Source of the DNA: an uncultured Anaerotruncus sp.
GTDB taxonomy: Bacteria > Bacillota > Clostridia > Oscillospirales > CAG-272
Assembly (NCBI GenBank): GCA_902461815.1
Contig: CABPZE010000005.1
Span: 38,134-102,133 of the forward strand
Direction of reading: 5' to 3'
Length of the DNA stretch: 64,000 bases
Under the pieces are notes generated by a model that was given only the letters and a program-made list of their open reading frames with translations, ran no database searches and had not been told where the DNA came from. This document shows, piece after piece, positions 1-8,953 of the stretch (position 1 is the stretch's first letter; every line of letters starts with the position of its first letter). A program made the position numbers and the translations under genes.

Positions 1-491
1 ACGCCGACCGCAAAACCGGCAAGGTCGTATTCGTCCTCCGGATAGAACCCGGGCATTTCAGCCGTCTCTCCGCCGATGAGCGCCGCTCCGCTCTGCACAC
101 AGCCCTCGGCGACGCCCGCAACGATAGCCGCGATCTTTTCGGGAACATTTTTGCCGCAGGCGATGTAATCAAGGAAAAACAAAGGTCTTGCGCCGCAGCA
201 GATAACGTCATTTACGCACATTGCCACGCAGTCGATACCGACAGTGTCATGCTTGTCCTGAAGAAACGCAAGCTTCAGCTTTGTGCCGACACCGTCGGTG
301 CCACTGACCAGCACCGGTTTTTCGATCCCGGCAAGGTCAAGCTCAAAAAGTCCGCCAAATCCACCGACGTCCGAGCACACACCCGACGTCATTGTACGCG
401 CGATATGCGCCTTCATAAGCTCCACGGCGCGATATCCGGCAGTGATGTCGACTCCCGCCGCGGCATAGCTTTTACTGTAGCTGTTATTCAT
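1..491 (-). CDS. purM: Phosphoribosylformylglycinamidine cyclo-ligase (AIR synthetase), 5' part only; gene continues past the left window edge
   Basis: Absent from the ORF track because no stop lies in the window. My reverse-strand translation from ATG (489-491) reads [65 protein letters not shown], the PurM N-terminal signature. The ATG overlaps the purF stop by 8 nt. Confidence 0.9.
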   Translation of the reverse strand, partial: MNNSYSKSYAAAGVDITAGYRAVELMKAHIARTMTSGVCSDVGGFGGLFELDLAGIEKPVLVSGTDGVGTKLKLAFLQDKHDTVGIDCVAMCVNDVICCGARPLFFLDYIACGKNVPEKIAAIVAGVAEGCVQSGAALIGGETAEMPGFYPEDEYDLAGFAVG

Positions 492-1929
492 CTTCGCCCT
501 TCCTCTTTTCTGAAATCTTTTGTTCAAAACGGTTTTTATGCGTCTTTGTGGGTGTCTCGGTAGGATAGCATCCGCTGAAGCAGGCATCGCATAAGCCGCA
601 CTCGCCGTTTTCACCAAGCATACGCGGCAGGTTTTCAAGGCTGAGGTATGCAAGAGTATCCGCTCCCACACGTTTTCTTATCTCATCAATGGTGCAGTGG
701 CAGGCAATAAGACTGTCACGCGAGTCAATGTCGGTGCCGTAATAGCAGGGGTTGAGAAACGGCGGCGCGGAAACGCGCAGATGCACCTCTTTTGCCCCGG
801 CGTCACGCAAAAGCTTTACTATTCTTCCGCTTGTAGTGCCGCGCACGATGGAGTCGTCAACCAGCACCACTCTCTTATCGCGCACAACTCCGGCAATGGG
901 GTTGAGCTTGATCTTTACTCCGTCCTGCCGCGCCGACTGTCCCGGTGAAATAAATGTGCGTCCTATATATTTGTTTTTGATGAATCCGAGCTCATACGGT
1001 ATTCCGGATCTGCGCGAATAGCCTATTGCCGCGTCAAGACCGGAATCAGGAACTCCTATAACCACATCCGCCTCGACCGGAAGCTCCTCGGCAAGCAGCT
1101 CGCCCGCACGCAGGCGGCAGGTGTGAACCGAGTGTCCGTCAATGACAGAATCGGGTCTTGAAAAATAAATGTACTCAAAAATGCAGGGCGAGGGACGGCA
1201 AAGTCCGCAGGAGTCTGTTATCGACTCCACTCCGCTGTCGGTAAAGACAAGTATCTCACCCGGCATGACGTCACGTATAAACTCCGCGCCAATCGAGTCA
1301 AGCGCACAGCTTTCGGAGGCAACCACGTAGCTGCCGTCCGGCTTTTTGCCGAAGCAGAGCGGGCGGAAGCCGTTCGGGTCACGCACAGCGATGAGCTTTG
1401 AAGGGGACATTATAACAAGCGAGTACGCGCCGCGTATGCGCTTCATTGCACGCGCCACCGCTTCCTGTATCGAACGTGAATTCAGACGTTCCTGAGTGAT
1501 AATGTAGGATATGACCTCAGTGTCACTGGTCGTGTGAAAAATTGCACCGTGCAGCTCAAGCTCTGAGCGAAGCTCGTATGAGTTTACAAGATTTCCGTTG
1601 TGCGCCAGAGCCATGCGTCCCTTGATGTGGTTCACAACAATGGGCTGTGCGTTGATTCTTCCGCCGCCTCCGGTGGTGCCGTAGCGAACGTGTCCGATAG
1701 CCATTTTTCCGTTTCCGAGCGATGAAAGCACATCCGGGGTAAACACCTTTCCCACCAGCCCCTCGTCCTTATAGGAATGGAAAAGCCCGTCGTCGTTCAC
1801 AACGATCCCACAGCTTTCCTGTCCTCGGTGCTGGAGGGAGAAAAGCCCGTAATAGCAGTCCATCGCAAGGTCAGTTACCTTATCGGAGAATATTCCGAAT
1901 ACGCCGCATTCTTCTCTCAGATCAGCCAT
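484..1929 (-). CDS. purF: Amidophosphoribosyltransferase
   Basis: 481-aa ORF. Ntn-amidotransferase N-terminus with CGVFGIF, PRTase loop [14 protein letters not shown]-terminal Cys cluster. 8-nt overlaps with purC upstream and purM downstream. Confidence 0.95.
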   Translation of the reverse strand: MADLREECGVFGIFSDKVTDLAMDCYYGLFSLQHRGQESCGIVVNDDGLFHSYKDEGLVGKVFTPDVLSSLGNGKMAIGHVRYGTTGGGGRINAQPIVVNHIKGRMALAHNGNLVNSYELRSELELHGAIFHTTSDTEVISYIITQERLNSRSIQEAVARAMKRIRGAYSLVIMSPSKLIAVRDPNGFRPLCFGKKPDGSYVVASESCALDSIGAEFIRDVMPGEILVFTDSGVESITDSCGLCRPSPCIFEYIYFSRPDSVIDGHSVHTCRLRAGELLAEELPVEADVVIGVPDSGLDAAIGYSRRSGIPYELGFIKNKYIGRTFISPGQSARQDGVKIKLNPIAGVVRDKRVVLVDDSIVRGTTSGRIVKLLRDAGAKEVHLRVSAPPFLNPCYYGTDIDSRDSLIACHCTIDEIRKRVGADTLAYLSLENLPRMLGENGECGLCDACFSGCYPTETPTKTHKNRFEQKISEKRKGEDE

Positions 1930-2641
1930 TGTTTTCTCCGAAAACGCGGGTCATCATTTCGCGGTATGCGTCCTCAACTCCGCCCAGATCACGGCGGAAA
2001 CGGTCCTTATCCAGCTTCATGTTTGTTGTGGCGTCCCAGAAGCGGCAGGTATCGGGAGATATCTCGTCGGCAAGGATTATCCTGCCGTCTGAGGTGCGAC
2101 CGAACTCGAGCTTGAAGTCAACGAGCTTGATGTTGAGCTTGAGGAAATAATCCTTCAGCAGTGCGTTTATTCTGAACGCCATGTCCTTTATCGTGTCGAT
2201 CTCCTCCTTTGTCGCAAGCCCCAGAGCCAGCGCGTGGTAGGAGTTGAGCAGCGGGTCATGCAGGTCGTCGTTCTTGTAGGAAAATTCGATAGTGGGAGAG
2301 GCAAACACCACACCCTCCTCAACTCCATAGCGCTTTGAGAAGGAGCCGGCGGCAATATTGCGAACGATCACCTCGAGCGGCACTATCTCCACATGACGGA
2401 CAAGCGTCTCACGCTCCGAAAGCTCCTCGACGAAGTGGGTGGGAACGCCGTTTTCTTCAAGATATTTCATAAGGTGATTTGACATACGGTTGTTCACAAC
2501 ACCCTTGCCGTCGATAACGCCCTTTTTAAGCCCGTCAAAGGCGGTGGCGTCATCCTTATATGATACGATAACGTAGTCCTTGTCCTCGGTGGCAAAAACT
2601 CTTTTGGCTTTTCCCTCGTAAAGCTGCTCGCATTTTTTCAT
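1922..2641 (-). CDS. purC: Phosphoribosylaminoimidazole-succinocarboxamide (SAICAR) synthase
   Basis: 239-aa ORF with [10 protein letters not shown] and [14 protein letters not shown] motifs typical of PurC; sits in the pur operon. Confidence 0.95.
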   Translation of the reverse strand: MKKCEQLYEGKAKRVFATEDKDYVIVSYKDDATAFDGLKKGVIDGKGVVNNRMSNHLMKYLEENGVPTHFVEELSERETLVRHVEIVPLEVIVRNIAAGSFSKRYGVEEGVVFASPTIEFSYKNDDLHDPLLNSYHALALGLATKEEIDTIKDMAFRINALLKDYFLKLNIKLVDFKLEFGRTSDGRIILADEISPDTCRFWDATTNMKLDKDRFRRDLGGVEDAYREMMTRVFGENNG

Positions 2642-2710
2642 TTTAAGTGTTCCTCTCTTTGTTTTGAAAATCTGTTCTGATTTAATTTATAGGTCCAAAC
2701 GTCGGTTACT

Positions 2711-3205
2711 TTATTTATTGAATTTTTCCTCCACCGCGGCGTTTTTTTCAAGCACCGCACGGCGGTCGGATCCCCGCTTTTCTTCAAGCGCCGCGGCAAG
2801 AGCTGCGTCCTCGATCGCAAGCATCTGAATACATAAAAGGGCGGCATTGGCAGCTCCGTTCACGGCAACAGTCGCCACGGGTATCCCGGATGGCATCTGT
2901 ACAGTGGAAAGAAGCGCGTCAATACCGCCAAGCCCTGCTGAGGCTACAGGTATTCCGACTACGGGAAGCGTTGTTTTTGCGGCTATTGCACCCGCAAGAT
3001 GAGCCGCCATTCCTGCGGCGGCAATTATTGCCCCGAAACCGCGACTGCGCGCAGACGCGCTGAACTCCGCCGCCTCGGCAGGCGTGCGGTGGGCGGAAAA
3101 CACATGGACCTCATACGGCACTCCGAACCTCTCAAGCACACCGATGGCTTTCTCAACTACCGGCATATCGCTGTCACTGCCCATGATTACTGCGATCTTT
3201 TTCAT
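2711..3205 (-). CDS. purE: 5-(carboxyamino)imidazole ribonucleotide mutase
   Basis: The track ORF is 2711..3325, but the conserved PurE core begins at [17 protein letters not shown] (ATG 3203-3205), preceded by a GGAAGGG RBS. The 40 upstream codons look like non-coding leader. Confidence 0.9.
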   Translation of the reverse strand: MKKIAVIMGSDSDMPVVEKAIGVLERFGVPYEVHVFSAHRTPAEAAEFSASARSRGFGAIIAAAGMAAHLAGAIAAKTTLPVVGIPVASAGLGGIDALLSTVQMPSGIPVATVAVNGAANAALLCIQMLAIEDAALAAALEEKRGSDRRAVLEKNAAVEEKFNK

Positions 3206-3323
3206 TTTAATGACCCTTCCTTTCTGTTCCGGCGCTTTGCTTTTTGACGGCATACAGTCAGCCCCGGCGCAAAGCGCCGATGATGAGTGAGTAAAACCGT
3301 TTCCAGGCATAGCTTCAAAATTC

Positions 3324-3358
3324 AAAAAGGCGCACTTACCTGATGCGGTAGGTGCGCC
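3324..3358 (-). terminator. Intrinsic terminator forming the expression platform of the ZTP riboswitch
   Basis: Minus-strand RNA GGCGCACCUACC-GCAUCA-GGUAAGUGCGCC followed by UUUUU (12-bp stem, one mismatch). Its 5' arm overlaps the 3' conserved CUGGGCG of the aptamer. Confidence 0.7.
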
Positions 3359-3428
3359 CAGACGGTCGGCATTTGATATCCTTTGTTTCTCCGTGGTATA
3401 ACTCCACTAATTCCGTCAGTCGCAAAGG
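3355..3428 (-). promoter_or_regulatory. ZTP (pfl-motif) riboswitch aptamer upstream of purE
   Basis: Minus-strand RNA CCUUUG-CGACUGACGGAAUUAGUGGAGUUAUACCACGGAGAAA-CAAAGG..(linker)..CCGACCGUCUGGGCG. Compare the remembered consensus GACUGGCG..GUGG..CCAC.GGGAG..CCGCCUGGGC. The P1 (CCUUUG/CAAAGG) and P2 (GUGG/CCAC) helices are present. The pseudoknot pair GACG/CGUC is a compensated variant of GGCG/CGCC. Confidence 0.75.
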
Positions 3429-3454
3429 ACACTGTATTCATTAAGTACGTTTAT

Positions 3455-3483
3455 ATGATACCATAATCCGCGAAAAAAGTCAA
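3455..3483 (-). promoter_or_regulatory. Sigma-A-type promoter of the pur operon
   Basis: Minus strand: TTGACT, 17-nt spacer, TATCAT, with TGg extended -10. Lies about 25 nt upstream of the riboswitch P1. Confidence 0.55.
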
Positions 3484-3544
3484 GAGCAAATTTTGAATTT
3501 TTGCCGCCATAGCCGTCGGCGCTTACGTTTATTCCGGATCGCGC

Positions 3545-4279
3545 TTATATGTCCTCGGCAATACTGTCCATGACCGTGCCAATCGGGTCGCGGATTATCA
3601 TTTCCGCAAAGCAGTCGTAAGGCGTGGGAGTCTGGTTGATTATTATCAGGTGCTCCCCGCAATAGTAATCAACAAGCGACGCGGCGGGATTGACCGTCAG
3701 CGACGTGCCGCCGACAATAAGTACGTCAGCATTGGCTATCGCTTCCTCGGCGTCCGCAAACACGCTGCCGTCCAGCCCCTCGCCGTAAAGGACAACGTCC
3801 GGGCGGACGATACCTCCGCACTCACTGCACCTTGGCACGCCCGTGCTGTCCAGAATATAATCAACACCGTATTTTTTTCCGCACCTGACGCAGTAATTTC
3901 GCAGTGTTGAGCCGTGCAGCTCTATCACATTCGACGACCCGGCGCGCTGATGCAGCCCGTCAATATTCTGCGTAATAACGGTGCTCAGCTTGCCTGCGCG
4001 CTCAAGCGCGGCAAGGGCGAGATGAGCCGCGTTCGGCTGCGCCTCGGGATAAAGCATATGACGGCGGTAGTACCGATAAAATCCCTCCGGATTTCTGAGA
4101 AAATATCTTATATGCAGCTTTTCTTCGGGCGGCACTCCGTCATCCTCCTCGCCGAGATAAAGTCCACCCGCTCCGCGAAAATCGGGTATGCCGCTCTCGG
4201 TCGAGACCCCCGCGCCGCCGAAAAACACAATATCCGACGCCCCGTCAATTATTTTTTTAAGCTCTTCGTAATCATCCAT
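3545..4279 (-). CDS. cobB: NAD-dependent protein deacylase (Sir2 family)
   Basis: 244 aa. Sirtuin motifs GAGVSTESGIPDFRG and TQNIDGLH; Zn ribbon CVRCG..CSECGG. Confidence 0.9.
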   Translation of the reverse strand: MDDYEELKKIIDGASDIVFFGGAGVSTESGIPDFRGAGGLYLGEEDDGVPPEEKLHIRYFLRNPEGFYRYYRRHMLYPEAQPNAAHLALAALERAGKLSTVITQNIDGLHQRAGSSNVIELHGSTLRNYCVRCGKKYGVDYILDSTGVPRCSECGGIVRPDVVLYGEGLDGSVFADAEEAIANADVLIVGGTSLTVNPAASLVDYYCGEHLIIINQTPTPYDCFAEMIIRDPIGTVMDSIAEDI

Positions 4280-4327
4280 TTTATACTACCATCTTTCCGG
4301 CTTGATGTTCTGTTATTTTATGCTGTA

Positions 4328-5224
4328 TTACTGCGTCGCCTCGCCGCTTTCATCCTGATTTTTTTCCGCACCGACTGCCGAGGGAGAACTTTCCTCAAGG
4401 AACGGCGTATACATCATAATAGCGGCATTTTTTATAAGCAAGCGATCCTCGATGAGTTCTCCCGCGCTGTCGTATATAAGCTGGTATATCTCATTCCGGC
4501 GGGTGTAGCCGCCCCAATACTCTGCCCGCATTTCGTGGTTTCTCTCAACTATCTCAAATCTCAGCTCCGGCTTATCAGAGACCCGCCATTCGCCGTGCAG
4601 ATACTCGTCTCCCACGTACACAAAAAGCTGATAGTCCGACTCTGTGTCGTTTCTTATCATAAGGTCAATGTGCGGATATGAACAGGTAGCACCGCTTGCA
4701 AACGGTTGGGTGCGGTTTGAATCCGGAAATACGTCGTACCCGTGGCGGTGTCTTTCTATCACTGTAAGCGGCGTATGTATCGTCATCCAGAAAATAAGGT
4801 TTGAAAGCTGGCAAAGCCCACCGCCGACTCCCGCCTCGCATCTGCCGTTGCGCAGGATCATCCCTTTTTTATAGCCCTTGATCCTCGTCGGCATACCTAT
4901 AAGTCGCCAGTAGCTGAATACCTCGCCCGGGTGCAGGATCATCCCGTTGAGCCGCGCCGCCGCGAGCTTCAGATTTGTTATCTTGTTGTACTGCATCCAC
5001 ATATCCACGTCCTTGAGCTTGCGCAAAAGGAGCGTTTTATGGCTGAAATACTGATATGGCAGCGGCTCGGTGCTTTTTTCCCGCGCAAACTGCCGACGCA
5101 TACCGAACCACATCCGGTATCTCCTGACTCCGTAATAAAGCGTGCCGAGCTTTATCCTCAGTGCCGAGCGACGTATCGGCTTCTCTACTCTCGAATCCTT
5201 TTCATTTTTAACCTTGACTCTCAC
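4328..5224 (-). CDS. VanW-domain protein
   Basis: 298 aa. Core GEVFSYW..GVGGGLCQLSNLIFW is typical of the VanW family. GTG start in the track; the true start is uncertain. No obvious N-terminal TM helix. Confidence 0.75.
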   Translation of the reverse strand: MRVKVKNEKDSRVEKPIRRSALRIKLGTLYYGVRRYRMWFGMRRQFAREKSTEPLPYQYFSHKTLLLRKLKDVDMWMQYNKITNLKLAAARLNGMILHPGEVFSYWRLIGMPTRIKGYKKGMILRNGRCEAGVGGGLCQLSNLIFWMTIHTPLTVIERHRHGYDVFPDSNRTQPFASGATCSYPHIDLMIRNDTESDYQLFVYVGDEYLHGEWRVSDKPELRFEIVERNHEMRAEYWGGYTRRNEIYQLIYDSAGELIEDRLLIKNAAIMMYTPFLEESSPSAVGAEKNQDESGEATQ

Positions 5225-5399
5225 AGCTCTACCTCACACATTTGCATTTGGGGACGGACAGAAAGGCTGTCATTTCCGGATCATCTGTTGCGACTGTAAC
5301 ACTGTAATGCTAATATTATTATACAGTACGCACATGTATTTGTCAATATTTACATGATGAGATATTTAAGGTTCAATCCGATCCTGCGGGAGTTATCTG

Positions 5400-6248
5400 T
5401 CAGGTCTGAAATGAATTTATCATGTCTCCCGCAACCGTATTTTTCAGAAAAACATAGTTAAGCTCATGAACGGCGTTGATGCCGTTGATTGAAAATCTTC
5501 CGATGCCGCTGTTAGACCTCGCCACCGATTCATATACGAACGAAATACCCGTTCCCAGACGCACAAGAGTGCACAGCAGCGAAAATTCGCTCACCATTAC
5601 CGTGCGATAGAAATCATCCCCCGAATACCCGTGCTCGGCAAGGATAGCGCTGAAGATATCCCGCGTTCCCGACCCCGGCTCTCGCAGGATGAGCGTTTCT
5701 CCGAACAGATCCTCAATTGAAAGACACCTGCCGTCAAAAGGGTGACCGACGGCGCATATTCCCGTCATCGGCTCGTTACGGAACAGCCTATACCCGTATT
5801 TCAGCTTGCTGAAGGAGCCTTCTATAAGGGCAAAATCAATAAGATTCTTGTCAAGCATACCAAGCAGATGCTCGGTATTGTCTATGGTAATATCCGCCGT
5901 TCTGCCGCGGTCGGAAAGGAACGACGACACCATTTCCCCTATCATGTATTCGCCTATGCTTTTTGTTGCGCCGATGCGGAAGCGCTCCATCTCCGACTTG
6001 CCGAGAGATACCTTCAGTCTCCCCTCGTTGAAAACGGCACTGCGGGCGTACGCCTCAAGCGTCTCTGCCTCCTTGGTTTTTGTCAGCCTGCGGTGATCGT
6101 AAATAAAAAACCGGCAGCCGTACTCATCCTCCAGCGCGCGAATATGCTGGGTGACGGCGGGCTGAGTCATGTTAAGCAGCCTTGCGGTCTCGTGGTAATT
6201 CATAGTCTCGCAAAGCTTAAGAAAGGTCAGAAGTTTCTGATCTACCAT
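5400..6248 (-). CDS. LysR-family transcriptional regulator
   Basis: 282 aa. N-terminal wHTH LKLCETMNYHETARLLNMTQPAVTQHIRALE plus a LysR-type effector domain. Divergent from the 6383 operon. Confidence 0.9.
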   Translation of the reverse strand: MVDQKLLTFLKLCETMNYHETARLLNMTQPAVTQHIRALEDEYGCRFFIYDHRRLTKTKEAETLEAYARSAVFNEGRLKVSLGKSEMERFRIGATKSIGEYMIGEMVSSFLSDRGRTADITIDNTEHLLGMLDKNLIDFALIEGSFSKLKYGYRLFRNEPMTGICAVGHPFDGRCLSIEDLFGETLILREPGSGTRDIFSAILAEHGYSGDDFYRTVMVSEFSLLCTLVRLGTGISFVYESVARSNSGIGRFSINGINAVHELNYVFLKNTVAGDMINSFQT

Positions 6249-6306
6249 ACAAACCCCCGGTAAACAATATTTTATAAGTGTTAATAATAAAAATTAATCA
6301 AACGAT

Positions 6307-6348
6307 ATAAAATGATGATTTGATTTTATCACAAAAACATGCTATAAT
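6307..6348 (+). promoter_or_regulatory. Candidate LysR box overlapping the promoter of the 6383 operon
   Basis: Inverted repeat ATAAAAT-N9-ATTTTAT (6307-6329, a T-N11-A type site) overlaps -35 TTGATT (6320-6325). A 17-nt spacer leads to -10 TATAAT (6343-6348). Confidence 0.5.
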
Positions 6349-6382
6349 CAAGATGTAAAAAGAAAAAGGGGGATTTAACCTT

Positions 6383-8953
6383 ATGAAAATTTTAATCATC
6401 GGCGGTGTTGCCGCGGGAACCAAGGCTGCCGCCAAGCTCAAGCGTTGTAACAGAGACGCTGATGTTCGGATCCTGACCAAAAGCACGGAAATTTCATATG
6501 CAGGCTGCGGACTTCCCTACTTTGTCGGCGGAAGCATCGAAGACAGAAGCGAGCTTGTTGTAAACACGCCAGAAAAATTCTCCGCTCTTACCGGAGCCGC
6601 GGTGACTGTCGGCTGTGAGGCGACCGCTGTTGACACATCAGCCAAGCGAGTAAGCTGGCGTATGCAGTCTGGCGAGACCGGAAGCGAGAGCTATGACAAG
6701 CTGATAATCGCCGTAGGAGCCGCCCCGTTTATTCCCCGCGCGGACGGAGTTGATCTGCCCGGAGTTTTTGCCGTCCGCACACCGGATGACGCCCAAAACA
6801 TAAAAGAGTACATAGAACGCACCGGATGCCGCCGCGCCGTGGTATGCGGAGCCGGATTTATCGGACTTGAAATGGCTGAAAACCTCAGCTCGCTCGGTCT
6901 GTCGGTGACGGTGATCGACGCCGCCGAAACCATCATGCCCTCCGCCTTCGACACCGAAATGGCTGACTATGTAAAGAGACAGCTCCAGCAGGAAGGCATA
7001 CGCGTTCTTACCGGGACAAGCCTCAGCGCGATAGAGGGAGACGGAAAAGCGGAAGCTGTGGTGACAAACGCCGGACGTCTGCCCGCCGATATCGTCATAA
7101 TGGCAATCGGCATCCGCCCCGCCACCGCGTTCCTTGAGGGTTCGGGCATTGAGATGCACCGCGGAACGATAGTGACTGATGAAAATATGCAGACAAACAT
7201 CCCCGACGTATACGCCGCCGGAGACTGCGCCGAGGTGAGAAATCTCATTACCGGCAAACCCCAGTGGTCGGCAATGGGCTCCACCGCCAACATAACCGCG
7301 CGCCTGCTCGCCCGCAACATTTCAGGCGGAAGCAACAGCTACGGCGGATGCCTCGGAACAGGTGTGGCAAAGGTACTGCCCCATCTCAACTGCGGCAGAA
7401 CCGGTCTTACCGAGCGCGATGCAAAGCTTCAGGGCTATAACGCCGTTTCCGCCGTCTGCGTCACCGACGACAAGGCGCATTACTATCCCGACTCGTCCAT
7501 GCTCATAATAAAGCTGACAGCCGACAAGGATTCCGGACGTCTGCTCGGCGTTCAGACAATAGGCGCCGGAGAGGTGGACAAGATAATAGATATCGCCGTG
7601 ACGGGTATTTCCCTTAAAGCGCGCGTCGATCAGTTTGATACGCTTGATTTTGCCTACGCTCCCCCCTTCTCCACTGCAATACATCCGTTTGCAACCGCAT
7701 GCTGTGTGCTTGAAAACAAGCTCGCGGGTGTGCTTGACAGCTTTACCCCTGCGGAATACGCAGCCGGCGCCGCTAAAGGGTACACCGTCATCGACGCTCA
7801 GCCCGCCCCCGACATTCCCGGCGCGCGTTGGGTAGACATCACAAAGGCTGACAACGGAATAGATGGCATTGCAAAGGATGAAAAGCTGCTGCTCGTCTGC
7901 ACACGCGGTAAACGCGCTTATTTCCTGCAGAACCGACTGAAGCATGCGGGCTACGTCAACACCAAGGTACTTGAGGGCGGCGTCGCCTTCAACAAAGTGC
8001 GCGTTGAAAGAAACGGGCAGAAGCTCTCCCCCGATGAGATAAAGCGTGTAAAGGGACTCGGATGCCTTCAGGACAAGAGATACGACGACGTTTTCAACGT
8101 CCGCGTTATCACCCGCAACGGCAAAATAACCTCCGATGAGCACCGTATGATCGCCGAGGCAGCGGAAAAATACGGTTCGGGCGAGGTCACCATGACGACA
8201 CGTCTGACGCTTGAAATTCAGGGCGTAAAATATGAAAATCTCGACGGACTTTTTGAATTTCTTGCCGCGCACGGACTTGAAACGGGCGGTACAGGCTCAA
8301 AGGTACGCCCGGTGGTGTCCTGCAAGGGAACGACCTGCCAGTACGGTCTTATTGACACCTTCGGTCTTTCCGAAAAGCTGCACGAGCTGTTCTACAAGGG
8401 ATATCATGACCTTATCCTGCCGCACAAATTTAAGATCGCGGTCGGCGGATGCCCCAACAACTGCGTAAAGCCCGACCTCAACGACCTTGGCATCATAGGT
8501 CAGCGCGTGCCCGAGATCGACACTTCAAAATGCCGCGGCTGCAAGATATGTCAGGTTGAAAAGAACTGTCCCATCAAGACCGCAAGGATGACGGACGAAA
8601 AGATCGTTATCGACGCCGAAAAATGCAACCACTGCGGTCGCTGCATCGGCAAGTGCCCGTTCGGAGCGGTAAACGAAAGTGCTGTCGGCTACAAGATCTA
8701 TATCGGCGGACGCTGGGGCAAGCAGGTCGCGCAGGGACAGGCGCTCGGACGCATCTTCCGCACCGAGGAAGAAGTCATTGAAACGGTTGACCGTGCAATA
8801 TTGCTGTTCAGAAACGAGGGCATTACCGGGGAACGCTTCTCTGATACCGTGGCACGGCTTGGCTTTGACTACGTTGAGGACAAGCTGCTGAACGGAAAGA
8901 TAAACAAGGACGAAATAATGAAGAAGACCGTAAAGGGAGGCGCAACTTGCTGA
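6383..8953 (+). CDS. Tri-domain fusion: CoA-disulfide reductase/NADH-oxidase-type flavoprotein + rhodanese + sulfite/nitrite-reductase-like siroheme/[4Fe-4S] module with ferredoxin insert
   Basis: 856 aa. The N-terminal domain has GGVAAG, a redox Cys in SYAGCGLPY (Cys42) and a second dinucleotide fold VVCGAGFIGLE. The rhodanese loop is LLLVCTRGKR. The C-terminal part has SCKGTTCQ..GGCPNNC plus CRGCKIC..CP and CNHCGRCIGKCP. Confidence 0.8.
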   Translation: MKILIIGGVAAGTKAAAKLKRCNRDADVRILTKSTEISYAGCGLPYFVGGSIEDRSELVVNTPEKFSALTGAAVTVGCEATAVDTSAKRVSWRMQSGETGSESYDKLIIAVGAAPFIPRADGVDLPGVFAVRTPDDAQNIKEYIERTGCRRAVVCGAGFIGLEMAENLSSLGLSVTVIDAAETIMPSAFDTEMADYVKRQLQQEGIRVLTGTSLSAIEGDGKAEAVVTNAGRLPADIVIMAIGIRPATAFLEGSGIEMHRGTIVTDENMQTNIPDVYAAGDCAEVRNLITGKPQWSAMGSTANITARLLARNISGGSNSYGGCLGTGVAKVLPHLNCGRTGLTERDAKLQGYNAVSAVCVTDDKAHYYPDSSMLIIKLTADKDSGRLLGVQTIGAGEVDKIIDIAVTGISLKARVDQFDTLDFAYAPPFSTAIHPFATACCVLENKLAGVLDSFTPAEYAAGAAKGYTVIDAQPAPDIPGARWVDITKADNGIDGIAKDEKLLLVCTRGKRAYFLQNRLKHAGYVNTKVLEGGVAFNKVRVERNGQKLSPDEIKRVKGLGCLQDKRYDDVFNVRVITRNGKITSDEHRMIAEAAEKYGSGEVTMTTRLTLEIQGVKYENLDGLFEFLAAHGLETGGTGSKVRPVVSCKGTTCQYGLIDTFGLSEKLHELFYKGYHDLILPHKFKIAVGGCPNNCVKPDLNDLGIIGQRVPEIDTSKCRGCKICQVEKNCPIKTARMTDEKIVIDAEKCNHCGRCIGKCPFGAVNESAVGYKIYIGGRWGKQVAQGQALGRIFRTEEEVIETVDRAILLFRNEGITGERFSDTVARLGFDYVEDKLLNGKINKDEIMKKTVKGGATC

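Noticed and set aside
2711-3325. N-terminally extended versions of track ORFs: purE to 3325, divIC to 22674, Fe-ADH from 37655, araD from 38832, rhaA from 52996, second ABC subunit from 14954, PF06541-like to 52929, yabQ to 23062.
   Set aside because: The extensions are non-conserved, often overlap the upstream gene or leader RNA, and lack an RBS. Internal starts coincide with the conserved protein N-termini and have Shine-Dalgarno sequences at proper spacing.
3481-3544. Possible terminator after cobB (GCCGCC..GGCGC near 3503-3521).
   Set aside because: The stem is short and imperfect and is not followed by a U-tract on the cobB (minus) transcript. The evidence is too weak to annotate.
7322-8272. 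Long antisense or alternative-frame ORFs inside well-supported genes: 7322..8272(-) 316 aa, 45200..46291(-) 363 aa, 15854..16723(-) 289 aa, 18288..19133(+) 281 aa, 41862..42653(-) 263 aa, 43119..43853(-) 244 aa, 48392..49171(+) 259 aa, 3914..4681(+) 255 aa, 38399..39121(-) 240 aa, 24599..25324(-) 241 aa, 31428..32141(+) 237 aa, 29571..30272(+) 233 aa.
   Set aside because: Each lies entirely within, or mostly opposite, a gene with clear family motifs. Their translations are Arg/Gly/Ala/Cys-rich or low-complexity with no motifs, as expected for stop-poor frames in GC-rich DNA. No RBS or promoter support.
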